From an uncultured delta proteobacterium (GTDB lineage Bacteria; Myxococcota_A; Polyangia; Polyangiales; Polyangiaceae), in NCBI GenBank assembly GCA_963716725.1, contig CAVQUB010000006.1, positions 183,027-247,026 on the forward strand: 64,000 bases of DNA. The letters are read 5' to 3'. The notes under the pieces are model-generated. The model searched no databases. It was not told the DNA's origin and saw nothing but the letters and a program-made list of their open reading frames with translations. Positions 46,673 through 57,091 of the stretch are shown here, in pieces. Every line of letters begins with the position of its first letter. Positions within the stretch are counted from its first letter, which is position 1. The translations under genes and the position numbers were made by a program.

Positions 46673-49600
46673 ATGAAGAACAAATTGGCCTCCCGACATT
46701 GGCGCCGGACTCCTGCCGTCGCCCTGACCGCCCTCGCTTCCCTTTCACTCTGGCTCGCACCGAGCCCCGGCCGAGCGGATTGGCCCCCACCGCTCACCGC
46801 AACGGCGAGCGACATGAAGAACCCGGCGAACTGGCCCAACGACCCGAGCTACGGCTACGTCGCGAGCGCGAAGGCCGGAGAGCGCGAGAGCGGACAGTGG
46901 CAGTTCTACTCGTTCATCCCAGATCGCTCCCCGGGCGCCTTCGTGCCGCAGCTCAACCCGGGCGAGACCGCCGCGGGCATGAGCGTCGACTTGGCCTGGC
47001 GCCACACCATCGGTGACGACCGAGTGCTGATCGCGGTGCTCGACTCGGGCATCAAATGGGACGAGGCCGATCTGGCGGAGAAGGCCTACCTGAACCTGGG
47101 GGAGCTCGCCGCCCACCCGCCGCTGAAGGCCGACAGCTCCTCCTGCGCCCCCCTGGATCCCGCCAAGCCAACGGAGCAGCTCTTCGACTGCAACGGGGAC
47201 GGCATCCTGACGGTCGGCGACTACAAGGACCACCCGGGCCTCCTGCCCGACGCGGAGACAGGTCATCCGAAGGGCGACTGGAACAAGAACGGCATCTTGG
47301 ACGCCGGCGACTTGATCGACAACCCGATGTTCTCGGACGGCGTGGACGACGACGGCAACGGCTACGTCGACGACATCTCCGGCTGGGACTTCTTCAAGGA
47401 CGACAACGACCCCTACGACGACACGCGCTACGGGCACGGCACCGGTGAGGCGAAAGACTCCGCGGCAGCCACCAACAACGACATGGGCGAGGCCGGGATC
47501 TGCCCGAAGTGCCGCTTCATGCCGCTCCGAGTCGGCGACAGCTTCATCGCGGACGGCCAGGACTTCGCCAAGGCCGTGGTCTACGCCACTGACAATGGCG
47601 CCAAGGTCGTGCAAGAGGCCCTCGGCACCCTCAGCATGAGCGGCTTCGCGCAGACCGCGATGGACTACGCCTACAGCCGCGGCACGGTGATCGTCGCCAG
47701 CATGGCCGACGAGAACAGTCGACACCACAACGTGCCCGCCACCGCCAACCACACCATGCCGGTGCACGCGATCACCATGATGGCGACCGACGAGAGCACC
47801 ACCGCGCGGAGCTTCCTCGCCTTCAACAACTGCACCAATTTCGGCGCCCAGAACTTCCTCTCGGCCTCCGGCACGGGCTGCTCGAGCGAGGCGGTGGGGC
47901 GACTGTCGGGGCTTTCCGGACTGGTCTACTCGATGGGGCTCCAGGCCAAACTCGATCCGCCGCTGTCCGCCGGCGAGGTGATGCAGATCTTCTTCAAGAC
48001 CGCCGACGACATCAACATCGAGGCGTCCCAGAAGCCGGACTCCGGCTTCTACTGGTCGCAGAAAGGTTTCGACCAGCGCTTCGGTTACGGTCGAGTGAAT
48101 GCAAATACCGCCGTCGAGTGGGTGAAGGCCGGCCGCATCCCGCCCGAGGTGGACATCGTTCGGCCCTATTGGTTCGAGGTGCTCTACAAGGACCAACTCA
48201 CCCAGGCCGTACCGATCATGGGCACGGTGCGAGCACGCCGCGCGCCGCTCTACAGCGTGATCGTGGAGTGGGCCCCGGGCGTGCAACCCCTCGACAGCGC
48301 CTTCAAGGTCATCAAGAAGCTCGAGAACATCAAGAGCAGCGAGATGCCGGTGCTGGGCGGCGACGGCACGCCGCTGGCCTCGCTCGACGTTCGGGAGATC
48401 GACGTGACGCACGAGCGGGACGTGGACAGTCCGCTGGGCGAAAACGATCGAACCATCACGGTCCGCGTGCGCGCCATCGCGCACTACGGCGGCACCATGG
48501 GTGACGTCGAAGGCGAACTTCGACGGGCCTACGCCGTTCACGAAGATCCGGACCTCCTGCCAGGTTTTCCCATGTATTTGGGCGCTTCCGGCGAGTCGAG
48601 CCCGAAGCTCGCGGACATCGACGGCGACGGCACTCGCGACATCGTGGTGGGCACCGCCGACGGAAAGCTCCACGTGCTCAGCATGGCGGGCGGCAAGCCC
48701 GCCTATGTGAAGGGCTTCCCCTTCTCCACCGACCCCATCGACGGCCTGAACCCGAAGATCAGTCCGAGCTACCTGGCCGCGCCGGGCTACGCAAAGCCCG
48801 ACAGCCTGGTGGCGAAGAGCGCCGCCGGCGAGCCCATCACGCCGACTCCAGCCATCGCGGACTTGGACGGCGACGGGAAGCTCGACATCGTGGTGACCAC
48901 CTACTCGGGCACGGTCTACGTCGTGAAGAACGACGGCAGCCTGCTGGCGGGCTGGCCTCGCCGCCTACCCTTGGTTCCGTCTTGCCCCTACGGCGCTCCC
49001 AAACCCACGGACACGCCCTGCATGGACACCGACACCCGGATCGCGCGCGGCGCCTTTGGCAGCCCGTCGCTAGCCGACATGAACGGTGACGGAAAGTACG
49101 AGATCATCCAGGCCTCCTTCGACGGCAAGGTCTACGTCTTTCTCTCCGATGGCACGGACCTCCCCGGCTGGCCGGTGGCCGTTCACTACGAAGGCGGCGA
49201 CGGCAGCGGCGAGTACAACCGCATCTTCACCTCGACCGCGGTGGCCGACTTCAACGGCGACGGCACGCCCGACGTGCTGGTCGGCTCCAACGAAAAGCTG
49301 GGTAAGGCCGGCGGCGTGGGCGCGGTCTACCTGATCGACGGCCGAGGCACCAAGGCGGGCGCGAAGCCGTGGCTGCCGAACTGGCCCGTGACCATGGTCT
49401 CCTTCAACCTGTTTCCCGTGATCTCCGAGGGCGTGGGCAACTCACCCGTCGCCGGCGACTTCGACGGCGATGGCAAGCCGGAAGCGGTGATGCACGGCAA
49501 CGCGAGCTCACCGCTGATCGTGCCCGCCGATCCGGGTACCCAGAAGGGTCTCTCGAGCACGCCGACCAACGCCCTCCCCGTCCGCATCGATCCGGACACC

Positions 49601-50431
49601 CAGGTCGAGGAGCGCGGGCTGGCGCCGACCAGCATCTTCGGCGCTGACTCGAAGGCCAACCAACCCGACACCATGTTCCCGCTCTTCGCCCAACCCTCGA
49701 TGGGCGACCTCGATCAGGACGGCGTCCCGGACGTGGTCTCGAGCGGTGGGTCGCTGAGCCTCGCGCAGAACTTGCTCTCGAGCCAGCCGTCCCAGAGCGT
49801 TCCGCAGAACCTGCTCGCGATGTGGAGCGGCAAGACGGGGAACATGCTGGCTGGAAGCCCGGTGGTGCTCGAGGACTTCACCTTCTTCAACAGCCAGGCC
49901 ATCGCCGATCTCAACGGCGACGGGTACCCCGAGGTGCTGACCGGCACTGGCGGCTACTTCGTGCACGCCGCCGACGCCTGCGGGCGGGAGCCCGAGGGCT
50001 GGCCCAAGTTCACCGGACAGTGGGTCGTCGCGACGACGGCGGTGGGCGACGTGACCGGCGACGACGGACTCGAGGTGGTGGTCAACGCACGCTCCGGCTG
50101 GCTCTACGCCTGGAAGACCGCCGGCAAGACCGACGGCGTCATCGCGTGGGAGAGCTACCGGCACGACAACCGCAACACCGGCTACTACGGGACGCCGCTC
50201 GACCAAGGCAAGCTGATGAGCGGCGTGCCGCCCTTGCCCCTCGACGACGAGGGCAAGTGCGTCGGGACCGGCGGCCCCGCCAAGAAGCCGACCTCGGTCA
50301 GCCCCGCCGGTGGCTGCGGCTGCCGCACCCCGGCCGGCGACCTGCACGGCGCGTGGAGCCTCGGCCCGCTCGCCGCGCTCGCGCTCCTCGCAGCGCGTCG
50401 TCGGCGGCCTTTTCGAGGCGCGAGGCGATGA
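46673..50431 (+). CDS. Secreted S8 subtilase with FG-GAP/VCBS repeats and MYXO-CTERM anchor
   Basis: AVLDSG, YGHGT, GCSSEA, FGYGRVNA; many ADxDGDG repeats; GGCGC...LALLAARRRR. Confidence 0.88.
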   Translation: MKNKLASRHWRRTPAVALTALASLSLWLAPSPGRADWPPPLTATASDMKNPANWPNDPSYGYVASAKAGERESGQWQFYSFIPDRSPGAFVPQLNPGETAAGMSVDLAWRHTIGDDRVLIAVLDSGIKWDEADLAEKAYLNLGELAAHPPLKADSSSCAPLDPAKPTEQLFDCNGDGILTVGDYKDHPGLLPDAETGHPKGDWNKNGILDAGDLIDNPMFSDGVDDDGNGYVDDISGWDFFKDDNDPYDDTRYGHGTGEAKDSAAATNNDMGEAGICPKCRFMPLRVGDSFIADGQDFAKAVVYATDNGAKVVQEALGTLSMSGFAQTAMDYAYSRGTVIVASMADENSRHHNVPATANHTMPVHAITMMATDESTTARSFLAFNNCTNFGAQNFLSASGTGCSSEAVGRLSGLSGLVYSMGLQAKLDPPLSAGEVMQIFFKTADDINIEASQKPDSGFYWSQKGFDQRFGYGRVNANTAVEWVKAGRIPPEVDIVRPYWFEVLYKDQLTQAVPIMGTVRARRAPLYSVIVEWAPGVQPLDSAFKVIKKLENIKSSEMPVLGGDGTPLASLDVREIDVTHERDVDSPLGENDRTITVRVRAIAHYGGTMGDVEGELRRAYAVHEDPDLLPGFPMYLGASGESSPKLADIDGDGTRDIVVGTADGKLHVLSMAGGKPAYVKGFPFSTDPIDGLNPKISPSYLAAPGYAKPDSLVAKSAAGEPITPTPAIADLDGDGKLDIVVTTYSGTVYVVKNDGSLLAGWPRRLPLVPSCPYGAPKPTDTPCMDTDTRIARGAFGSPSLADMNGDGKYEIIQASFDGKVYVFLSDGTDLPGWPVAVHYEGGDGSGEYNRIFTSTAVADFNGDGTPDVLVGSNEKLGKAGGVGAVYLIDGRGTKAGAKPWLPNWPVTMVSFNLFPVISEGVGNSPVAGDFDGDGKPEAVMHGNASSPLIVPADPGTQKGLSSTPTNALPVRIDPDTQVEERGLAPTSIFGADSKANQPDTMFPLFAQPSMGDLDQDGVPDVVSSGGSLSLAQNLLSSQPSQSVPQNLLAMWSGKTGNMLAGSPVVLEDFTFFNSQAIADLNGDGYPEVLTGTGGYFVHAADACGREPEGWPKFTGQWVVATTAVGDVTGDDGLEVVVNARSGWLYAWKTAGKTDGVIAWESYRHDNRNTGYYGTPLDQGKLMSGVPPLPLDDEGKCVGTGGPAKKPTSVSPAGGCGCRTPAGDLHGAWSLGPLAALALLAARRRRPFRGARR

Positions 50432-50449
50432 CAGGAGAGGGCGCGGTCG

Positions 50450-51598
50450 TCATCTGCGCCGCTTCCTTCCGCGCCCTGCGCTTGGTTGATCGACCGAGAG
50501 CTGCGCGTACAGCTCGTGCAGCTTGCGGCGCAGGAGCGCCTTGGACGGGAGCATGGTCTGGTACTCGGCGACCAACGTCGGAGAGGTGGTGCGGGCGAGG
50601 GCGTACTCGACGACCTCGTCGTCCTTCGTCGCGCACAAGAGAACGCCAATGGAAGGCCGCTCGTGCGCCTTCTTCACGTCGCGGTCGAGGACCTCGACGT
50701 AGAAGCTGAGCTGGCCGAGGTCGGCGGGCTTGAACTTGTCGACCTTCAGCTCGAAGGCGACGAGGCACTGCAGCGACCGGTGGAAGAAGACGAGGTCAAT
50801 CGCGAAGTCCTGTTTGCCCACCTGCACCGGGTACTCGGACCCGACGAAGCAAAAGTCGCGACCGAGCTCGGTGATGAACCGGCCGAGGTTGCGCAGGAGG
50901 GCGCCATGCAGGTCGGCCTCCGAGTGACCGTCGTGCAGCGAGAGGAACTCGAGGCTGTAGGCGTTCTTCAGCTCGTCGAGGGCGGTCGGATGGACTTGTG
51001 CCACCGCTGGCGGTGCTTTCTTTGCAGCGGCGTCGCTTCGCACGATTGCCGCCGACTGGATCTGACGTTCGAGTTCGCGCTTGGTCCACCTCCCGCTGAT
51101 GGCCGCGAGTATGTAGAACTCACGCTCCTCGGGGCGCCGCGTCTGGCTGAGGATGATGAGGTGCTGGGTCCAGGGCAATTGTGTCACCAGCGGTGACACT
51201 TTCTTTTGGCTTCGGTACGCCTCGAAGAACTGCCGCATCCGGAAGAGGTTCCGGCGCGTGTAGCCGCGTATGCCAGGGTAGCGGCGCGCGAGCGTGTCCG
51301 CCAGCTCATCGACGACACCGTCGCCCCACTCAGCTTTCTCAATCTTATGGCTGATGTGCTCGCCGAGCTGCCAGTAGAGGGTCACGAGCTCCGTGTTGAC
51401 GGCCTGGTAGGCACGGTTGCGTGCAGCCTCGATGAGCGCCACCACCTCGGAGAACCTGGAGTCGTCGGACGCGAGAGCGCTCGACGGTCTCTGCAGCCCG
51501 GAGACAATCGCGTTCCTTTTCGCGGGCGATCGTCTCACCGTTGGTGAGACTTTCTTCGGCCCCGCCTTCGCGGGCTGCCTGCGCGAAGGATTGGTCAC
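50450..51598 (-). CDS. YhcG / DUF1016 PD-(D/E)XK nuclease-domain protein
   Basis: VNTELVTLYWQLG, RNLFRMRQF, ELGRDFCFVG, IDLVFFHR...AFELK, GQLSFY. Confidence 0.92.
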   Translation of the reverse strand: MTNPSRRQPAKAGPKKVSPTVRRSPAKRNAIVSGLQRPSSALASDDSRFSEVVALIEAARNRAYQAVNTELVTLYWQLGEHISHKIEKAEWGDGVVDELADTLARRYPGIRGYTRRNLFRMRQFFEAYRSQKKVSPLVTQLPWTQHLIILSQTRRPEEREFYILAAISGRWTKRELERQIQSAAIVRSDAAAKKAPPAVAQVHPTALDELKNAYSLEFLSLHDGHSEADLHGALLRNLGRFITELGRDFCFVGSEYPVQVGKQDFAIDLVFFHRSLQCLVAFELKVDKFKPADLGQLSFYVEVLDRDVKKAHERPSIGVLLCATKDDEVVEYALARTTSPTLVAEYQTMLPSKALLRRKLHELYAQLSVDQPSAGRGRKRRR

Positions 51599-51599
51599 G

Positions 51600-51884
51600 A
51601 CGCCCCCTTCTTCGCCGAGGCGGGGCGCGTGCTCTCGGGGCGGCGGGCGGCGGGTCGAGGCGCGGCGGGTACGGCGTGCCGGCGCGCGCGGCCTCGGCCA
51701 GCGCGTCGTAGATCGGGTTGATCTGGATGAGCGGGTCCGGCCAGAAGCGCCCGTCGGCGCAGCTGGCCTCGACCTGGTCTCGGATGTCCTCGGCCTGGAT
51801 GGTCGTAAAGGATGTCGCGAACTTGCGGTACTCACCGACGACGGTGTCGCGGAGCGAGAAGACGTCCGTGTGCTTCGTGGTCAC
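51600..51884 (-). pseudogene. Chimeric remnant: DEAD/DEAH helicase N-terminus joined to a DNA methylase-like C-terminus
   Basis: (T)DVFSLRDTVVGEYRKFATSF...WPDPLIQINP / IYDALAEAARAGTPYPPRLDPPP; family assignment is from recalled termini. Confidence 0.6.
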
Positions 51885-52331
51885 TCGCGGTCGCTCCCCT
51901 TGCCCGAACAGGCGAAGAGTTTCGTCGAGCCGGGCGCGGGGCTCAACCCCAGGTTTCCCGGGACCTGGAACCTGCGGCGGCGCTGCCCTGCGATCACCGC
52001 TGTCGCAAGGCTGACCCGACCTCAGACACCCTTCCGCGCTCGGAGCGCCGCGCCTCGCCATCGCCGGAGGTACGGGGTCACTAGCAGCTCAGGGAGCTGC
52101 TGCGTGTCCTCCAGGAACCAGCCGGTGAGCCCGTCTGCGAGCATTCGGCGTCGAGAAGCCCGAACTCGTTCAGCGATGGCGCTATCCGGTGCGACCGACG
52201 TGAAGGCCCACCAGCGCTACCTGCTGAACACGGCCAAGATGCGCAGAGTTCCGTCCGCCGCGCTGCCGAGTTTGAGCATCGTTCATGCAGAAACTCCCGA
52301 GGGCGAAGATCGAAACCCGAATGATTCCGGG

Positions 52332-52405
52332 TGCCGAAGGTCGGACTTGAACCGACGACCCCACGCTTATGAAGCGCGTGCTCTAACCAGCTGAGCTACT
52401 TCGGC
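52332..52405 (-). tRNA. tRNA-Met(CAT), elongator type
   Basis: GCCGAAG/CTTCGGC acceptor stem, anticodon loop TTCATAA, T-loop TTCAAGT. Confidence 0.92.
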
Positions 52406-52419
52406 TAAATGGGGCCGGG

Positions 52420-52448
52420 ACTATGTGCGGTCGCCCGCAATCGGTCAA
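52420..52448 (-). promoter_or_regulatory. Sigma70 promoter of tRNA-Met
   Basis: TTGACC-N17-CATAGT on the minus strand. Confidence 0.6.
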
Positions 52449-52653
52449 GACCCTTCCACAGGTGCTCATTCTCGATCGGAAGTCGGAGAGCGGAGCGCGG
52501 CCTTCGCCGGCCGTTGCGGGCGCCTGGTGCAGGAGCCGGTCGATGACCGGGGCTAGCGCCGGGGAGCGGTCGGATGCGAGGTCGCGGCGCCCGGAGCGCG
52601 GCGGCGGTGTCGTGGTAGGACTCGGTAGCTGAACCACCCTCAGCGCGGCGCGC

Positions 52654-53421
52654 ATGCGAGAGCCCCTGCTCGAAACTCACCGCCTCCCGGCGCCGCCCGT
52701 GGAGACCGCGACCAACGCGCTCCGCGCAGCGCTCGCTCAGACTGGCGTCGAGTTCACGTCCGTCGAGACCCACGTCGAATATCACCGCTTCGTCATCCAG
52801 CGCGGTTCGCTCACCGCCATGGCAAACGGATCTGAGCTCGCCGAGCCACCACCGCAGCTATTCGCACCCATCGGTCTGCGCCCGATCAGCTTCGGGCGCA
52901 GGTTGGTCCCGCAGGCCGTCGACTACCCCTGGGACCACGTTGGGCGCTTCGCCATCCCCGCCGACGATACTTCGCCGCCGCTCTGGCTTCTGCTCGACGC
53001 GCCATACCAGCATGAAGTCGCGACCTACGAACCCTCGTGGAGCCCGGGCCGCGCGGAGCTCGATCAGCGCCTAAAGCGCGTCGTCGAATCAACGATGCGG
53101 CTCGACGCGACCTCGCGCGGCATTTCGCTGTTGCGCTTTTCCTTCGCGTTCGACGTGCAGTCGGAACCGCTCCAGCTGCTAGTTCCCTTCGTGTGGCTGC
53201 GCTACCGGTTGCGCGAGCCGGGGATCGGGCACTATGTCGCGAACGAGAGGGAGGATGGCTGGTACGTCGCGGCGCTCGCGGTCGATGGTCGACTGCTGGG
53301 AGAGCCGTGGCCCGTACGCGGGATGCGCACCGGCGTGGGAGTGGCGCTGGCGCTGGCCGGAATCGCGCTCTTGACCATCGCGACGCTCGTCTGGTTGCTC
53401 TTGCAACTGTTCTTGCCATGA
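52654..53421 (+). CDS. Hypothetical protein with C-terminal TM helix
   Basis: 255-aa ORF filling an otherwise empty gap; hydrophobic C-terminus. Confidence 0.55.
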   Translation: MREPLLETHRLPAPPVETATNALRAALAQTGVEFTSVETHVEYHRFVIQRGSLTAMANGSELAEPPPQLFAPIGLRPISFGRRLVPQAVDYPWDHVGRFAIPADDTSPPLWLLLDAPYQHEVATYEPSWSPGRAELDQRLKRVVESTMRLDATSRGISLLRFSFAFDVQSEPLQLLVPFVWLRYRLREPGIGHYVANEREDGWYVAALAVDGRLLGEPWPVRGMRTGVGVALALAGIALLTIATLVWLLLQLFLP

Positions 53422-53485
53422 GTGGGGACGGTCTTGTGATCGCGCAGCGATCAACTCGAGCGAGCGCTCGCAGCCCTGGTCGGAG

Positions 53486-54829
53486 TCAGGATCCGCCCCG
53501 CCGTCCCTTGCCGGGCCCGTCCCGCCCGACTGCCGGGTTGGTCGCGTCGAAGGTCATGCGCAGCGGCTGGGGTCCCGGCAGGAGCCGAGCCGGCAGCGGA
53601 CCGAAGGGCGCCGCACGTCTGACCGCCGCGACAACGTTGCGATCGAACTCGTCGATGCCGCTCGAGCGAGCGACCGCGACGGAGGCGAGCCTGCCGTCCC
53701 TTTGGATCACGATGGTCACCGTGACGAGTCCCGACCGGCCATCGGCGATGGCCCACTCTGGAAAGGCCTTGCGCCAGAAGGGCTCGACCTTGCGCTCGAC
53801 TCCGCGAAAGTAGCCGATCACGCCGGCGTCGGCCCCGACGTCGAGCAACGCTCCGGGGCCGGTCCCGGACGCCAAAGAGCGCGAACCCGAGCCGACCGCG
53901 CCGCCACTCGCAGGCCGACCCGGGCCAGTGTCGCCTCCAACTCCTGCGCCCGCGCGGCCGCCGGCCGTGCTCGCGTGGATCAGCGATGAGACAGCGTTTG
54001 CGACGTCTTGCGAGCTGTCGGTGTCGTCGTTGGGCCGCGCTTTGTTCAGCGATGGGACCGCCGCGCGCGCAGCCGGCACCATCGGTCGGGCCAGCACCAC
54101 ACGTGCGCTGCGGCGAAAGTCTCGTCCCAGAGCGCCAGCGTGAGTCCCGAGCGGCGCGACGTCGCGCTCGGCGCCGGACTCCCGGGCGCCCGCCGCGGGT
54201 TCGGGGCCGCTGCCCTCCTCCGTCGCTGGGCCGCCGATCACGCCGCCGAGATCCGATGCCGCGGCGCCGATGTTACTGCCGCGCGACGGGTCGCGCTCGG
54301 CGGGCTGCCGACGGATCGCGAGCTTGCCCTTGCCCGACGCGACGAACGACAGCTCCATCGGGTTGGGCGTTGCGCGGCGGTCGTCGTGGGACGCCCGGTG
54401 TTTGGCCGTCGCGAGGCGCTGCACTTGGCTTCGATCGAGTCGGTTCAGCGGATCGCGATCGAGGCTCAGCCCGTCGATGCTATCGGCGAGGTTCAGCGCC
54501 CGCTCGCTCGCCTCGACGGTGCCGCCCCGACCCGCAGAGTCCAGGTCCGGGCGCGGCGGACGTTCGCCGCCGAATGGCCCTGAGGCCGGGCGTTCTCTGA
54601 GCATCGCTTCGGGATCCGCTGATCCGGCGAGCCCCTGCCTGGAGACCTCGGGAAGCTCGACCTCGCCGGGCTCCAGGGTCACCTCGACGGTGGGCGCGGC
54701 ATGTTCGCCGAGCCGCGAGTCATCGAGCGATCGATGCAGCAGCCAGGCCCCAAGCCCGATCACCCCGACGTGCAGCGCCACCGAGGTCGCGAGCGCTCCC
54801 GGTGGGGCAAGAATTCGGGGCCGCCTCAT
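53486..54829 (-). CDS. TonB-family energy transducer-like protein
   Basis: N-terminal TM SVALHV; C-terminal VTIVIQRDGRL...RSSGIDEFDRNVVAAVRRAAPFGPLP. Confidence 0.85.
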   Translation of the reverse strand: MRRPRILAPPGALATSVALHVGVIGLGAWLLHRSLDDSRLGEHAAPTVEVTLEPGEVELPEVSRQGLAGSADPEAMLRERPASGPFGGERPPRPDLDSAGRGGTVEASERALNLADSIDGLSLDRDPLNRLDRSQVQRLATAKHRASHDDRRATPNPMELSFVASGKGKLAIRRQPAERDPSRGSNIGAAASDLGGVIGGPATEEGSGPEPAAGARESGAERDVAPLGTHAGALGRDFRRSARVVLARPMVPAARAAVPSLNKARPNDDTDSSQDVANAVSSLIHASTAGGRAGAGVGGDTGPGRPASGGAVGSGSRSLASGTGPGALLDVGADAGVIGYFRGVERKVEPFWRKAFPEWAIADGRSGLVTVTIVIQRDGRLASVAVARSSGIDEFDRNVVAAVRRAAPFGPLPARLLPGPQPLRMTFDATNPAVGRDGPGKGRRGGS

Positions 54830-55638
54830 TCCCCATCATTGTGTCCGATACCCGCCGCCGCCGCCAGGGCGGGGCCGAAACGCCGGCAGGCATTCTCGGT
54901 GCTGAGCCGGGCGAGGTCTTCGAAGGAAATGTGGCGGAGCGCCGCCACGGCGCGCGCGGTGTGGGCGACGTGGGCAGGCTCGCAGCGCTTTCCGCGCAGG
55001 GGATGTGGGGCCAGGTAGGGAGCGTCCGTCTCGACCAGGATTCGATCGGCCGGAGCCCACGCGGCGACGTCGTGCACGCTCTTCGCGTTCTTGAAGGTCA
55101 CGACGCCGGAAAACGACAGGTCGAAGCCCAGATCGAGGGCCTTCTGGGCAAAGGCGCGATCTTCACTGAAGCAGTGGATCACCCCGCCGACGTCGTTCGC
55201 CCCTTCGCGTTCCAATATCTCGAGGGTGTCTGCCGCCGCCTCCCGTGTGTGCACGACGATGGGCAGGCGTCGCTCACGGGCGAAGCCGATCATCTGTCGG
55301 AACACCTCACGCTGCACGTCACGCGGCGAGTGGTCGTAGTGGTAGTCGAGGCCAATCTCTCCGACGGCGACGACCCGAGGATCGGCGCTGAGCTCAGCGA
55401 AAACGCTCAGCAGCTCCGGCGAGAAGCTCGACGCCTCGTGAGGGTGGATGCCCACGGTCGCGACGACATCGGGGCGACGCTGTGCGAGGGCTATGGCGAA
55501 GCGCGCCGCGTCCACGCCACCGACGCCGACGGCCACGAAGGCGGAGACCCCGGCGTCGTGCGCGCGGGCGATGACCGCGTCGGCACCCTCGGCGAAGTAG
55601 CCGGTGTCGAGGTGACAATGAGTATCGATGAGGTTCAC
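54826..55638 (-). CDS. tatD: TatD-family DNase
   Basis: IDTHCH, GIHPH, GEIGLDY, HTREA, HCFS, ETDAPYLAP. Confidence 0.93.
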   Translation of the reverse strand: MNLIDTHCHLDTGYFAEGADAVIARAHDAGVSAFVAVGVGGVDAARFAIALAQRRPDVVATVGIHPHEASSFSPELLSVFAELSADPRVVAVGEIGLDYHYDHSPRDVQREVFRQMIGFARERRLPIVVHTREAAADTLEILEREGANDVGGVIHCFSEDRAFAQKALDLGFDLSFSGVVTFKNAKSVHDVAAWAPADRILVETDAPYLAPHPLRGKRCEPAHVAHTARAVAALRHISFEDLARLSTENACRRFGPALAAAAGIGHNDGE

Positions 55639-55666
55639 TGGATCACACGCTCCCGGTGCAATGACG

Positions 55667-55696
55667 AAAAAGGCAGGGCTCCGAAGCACCCTGCCC
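55667..55696 (-). terminator. Rho-independent terminator
   Basis: GGCAGGG...CCCTGCC hairpin followed by TTTTT on the minus strand. Confidence 0.7.
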
Positions 55697-55825
55697 TCTC
55701 GCTTTGGCTACCCGCGCGAGCCCCATGCCACGAGCGGCGACAATCTACACCTGGCCGGACGTCGGGACAGCCCCAAGCGGCGCACCGTCCGGATTTCTCG
55801 TTGGGGGATCCACGGACGCCCCGGT

Positions 55826-57085
55826 CTAGCCGCGACGCCTTCGCACCCAAAGCAGGAGGCCGCCCGCGAGCAACACGCCCGCGCCCACCACGAGTTCACC
55901 GAACCTCGCCGCTCGAGCGATGAGCCAGACCGCACCGAGCGCGAGGGGCGCCGGCCAGGCGTGCCAGGGTCGAAGCCCACTCTTTCGGCCAAAGGACAGC
56001 TTCACCAGCGAGGCCATGCTCATCCCGTATTGGGCCAGGACCGCCACGCTCGACAGGGCGAACAGCTGCATGAGCCGCCCGGAAAGCACGCAGGCGAGCA
56101 CCAGCGCCGCGCTGATCCACAGGGCGCGCTGGGGGACGTGCCGCGCGTCTTCGTGCCCGATCCACGGCCCAAGTCCGTCCGTTCGCCCCAGGGTGGACAG
56201 ATACCGCGGCGTCATCGCGAACATCCCGAACGCGATGCCGAGCGCCGACAAGTTGGTGCCCACGGCAACCAGGGAGCCGACGCCTTGTCCCCCGAGAGCG
56301 ACGCCGAGCGCCACCAGCGGAGCCCGGCTGGACGCCAGCCCAGGGACGGCGGCGACGCACGCCGCGTGCAAGACCAAATAGAGCGACGCGGCAAACACCA
56401 GCGACAGGACTGTTGCGGCCGGAACCGCCCGATGCGAGCCGCGCGCATTGCCCGCGGGCACAGGGACGATCTCGAAGCCCTGGGTGGCAAACACCACGAC
56501 CAGCGCCGCCCGCGCAAAGTCCACGCCGGCTGGAGGGCCCGCGATGGGCAAGCTGTGCGAGCCGAGAGAAAACAGCGCCCCCAGGAGCAGCAGCGGGAGC
56601 AGTTTCAAGAGGGTGATCGTGTTCCACACGAATGCGCTCGGCGACAGTCCCGACGCCGCCGTCGCGGCCAAGCCGACGATGGTCAACGCGGCGAAGCCTC
56701 GCTGCGCGAGGACGCCCTCGAAACCAAGCAGGGGGCCCGCGTGCTGGCTCAGCCCCGCGATCACCGCCGAAGTGCTGAACAACGCTGACACGTAGGCCAC
56801 CCACCCCACCGCGAATCCCGCCGTGGGCCCGAAGGCGGCACGGGCCCAGACGTAGGGCCCGCCGTCTTCGGCGAATCGGCTCCCGAGTGAGGCATAGGCC
56901 AGCGCCACCGGCAGCAGACACGCCGCCGTCGCCGCGTACACCAGGATCCCCGCGAAGCCCGGCACCAGGGCCGCGACCTCGCTCGGCGCGAAGAAGATCC
57001 CCACGCCGACGATGCCGTTGACGCCCAGGGCGAGCAGGCTCCAAAAACCGAGCGTCCGGCGCCCCAGGGCGGTGCTCTCCGCCAC
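55826..57085 (-). CDS. APC-family amino acid permease
   Basis: GIVGVGIF, GGPYVWARAAFG, GFE; about 12 TM helices. Confidence 0.9.
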   Translation of the reverse strand: MAESTALGRRTLGFWSLLALGVNGIVGVGIFFAPSEVAALVPGFAGILVYAATAACLLPVALAYASLGSRFAEDGGPYVWARAAFGPTAGFAVGWVAYVSALFSTSAVIAGLSQHAGPLLGFEGVLAQRGFAALTIVGLAATAASGLSPSAFVWNTITLLKLLPLLLLGALFSLGSHSLPIAGPPAGVDFARAALVVVFATQGFEIVPVPAGNARGSHRAVPAATVLSLVFAASLYLVLHAACVAAVPGLASSRAPLVALGVALGGQGVGSLVAVGTNLSALGIAFGMFAMTPRYLSTLGRTDGLGPWIGHEDARHVPQRALWISAALVLACVLSGRLMQLFALSSVAVLAQYGMSMASLVKLSFGRKSGLRPWHAWPAPLALGAVWLIARAARFGELVVGAGVLLAGGLLLWVRRRRG

Positions 57086-57091
57086 GTGCCC

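Noticed and set aside
52010..52330. Integrase remnant 3' of tRNA-Met
   Set aside because: Only short, stop-interrupted frames with no tyrosine or serine recombinase motifs
55755..55795. Guanidine-III riboswitch-like start (CCGGACG...GTGCGCCG) on the minus strand
   Set aside because: The 3' pseudoknot partner is absent and the downstream gene is not a guanidine exporter
55962..55992. Similarity to a tRNA-Ser 3' end (gggtcgaagcccactctttcggcca), a possible att remnant
   Set aside because: It lies inside the intact APC permease frame, has several mismatches and has no matching 5' half
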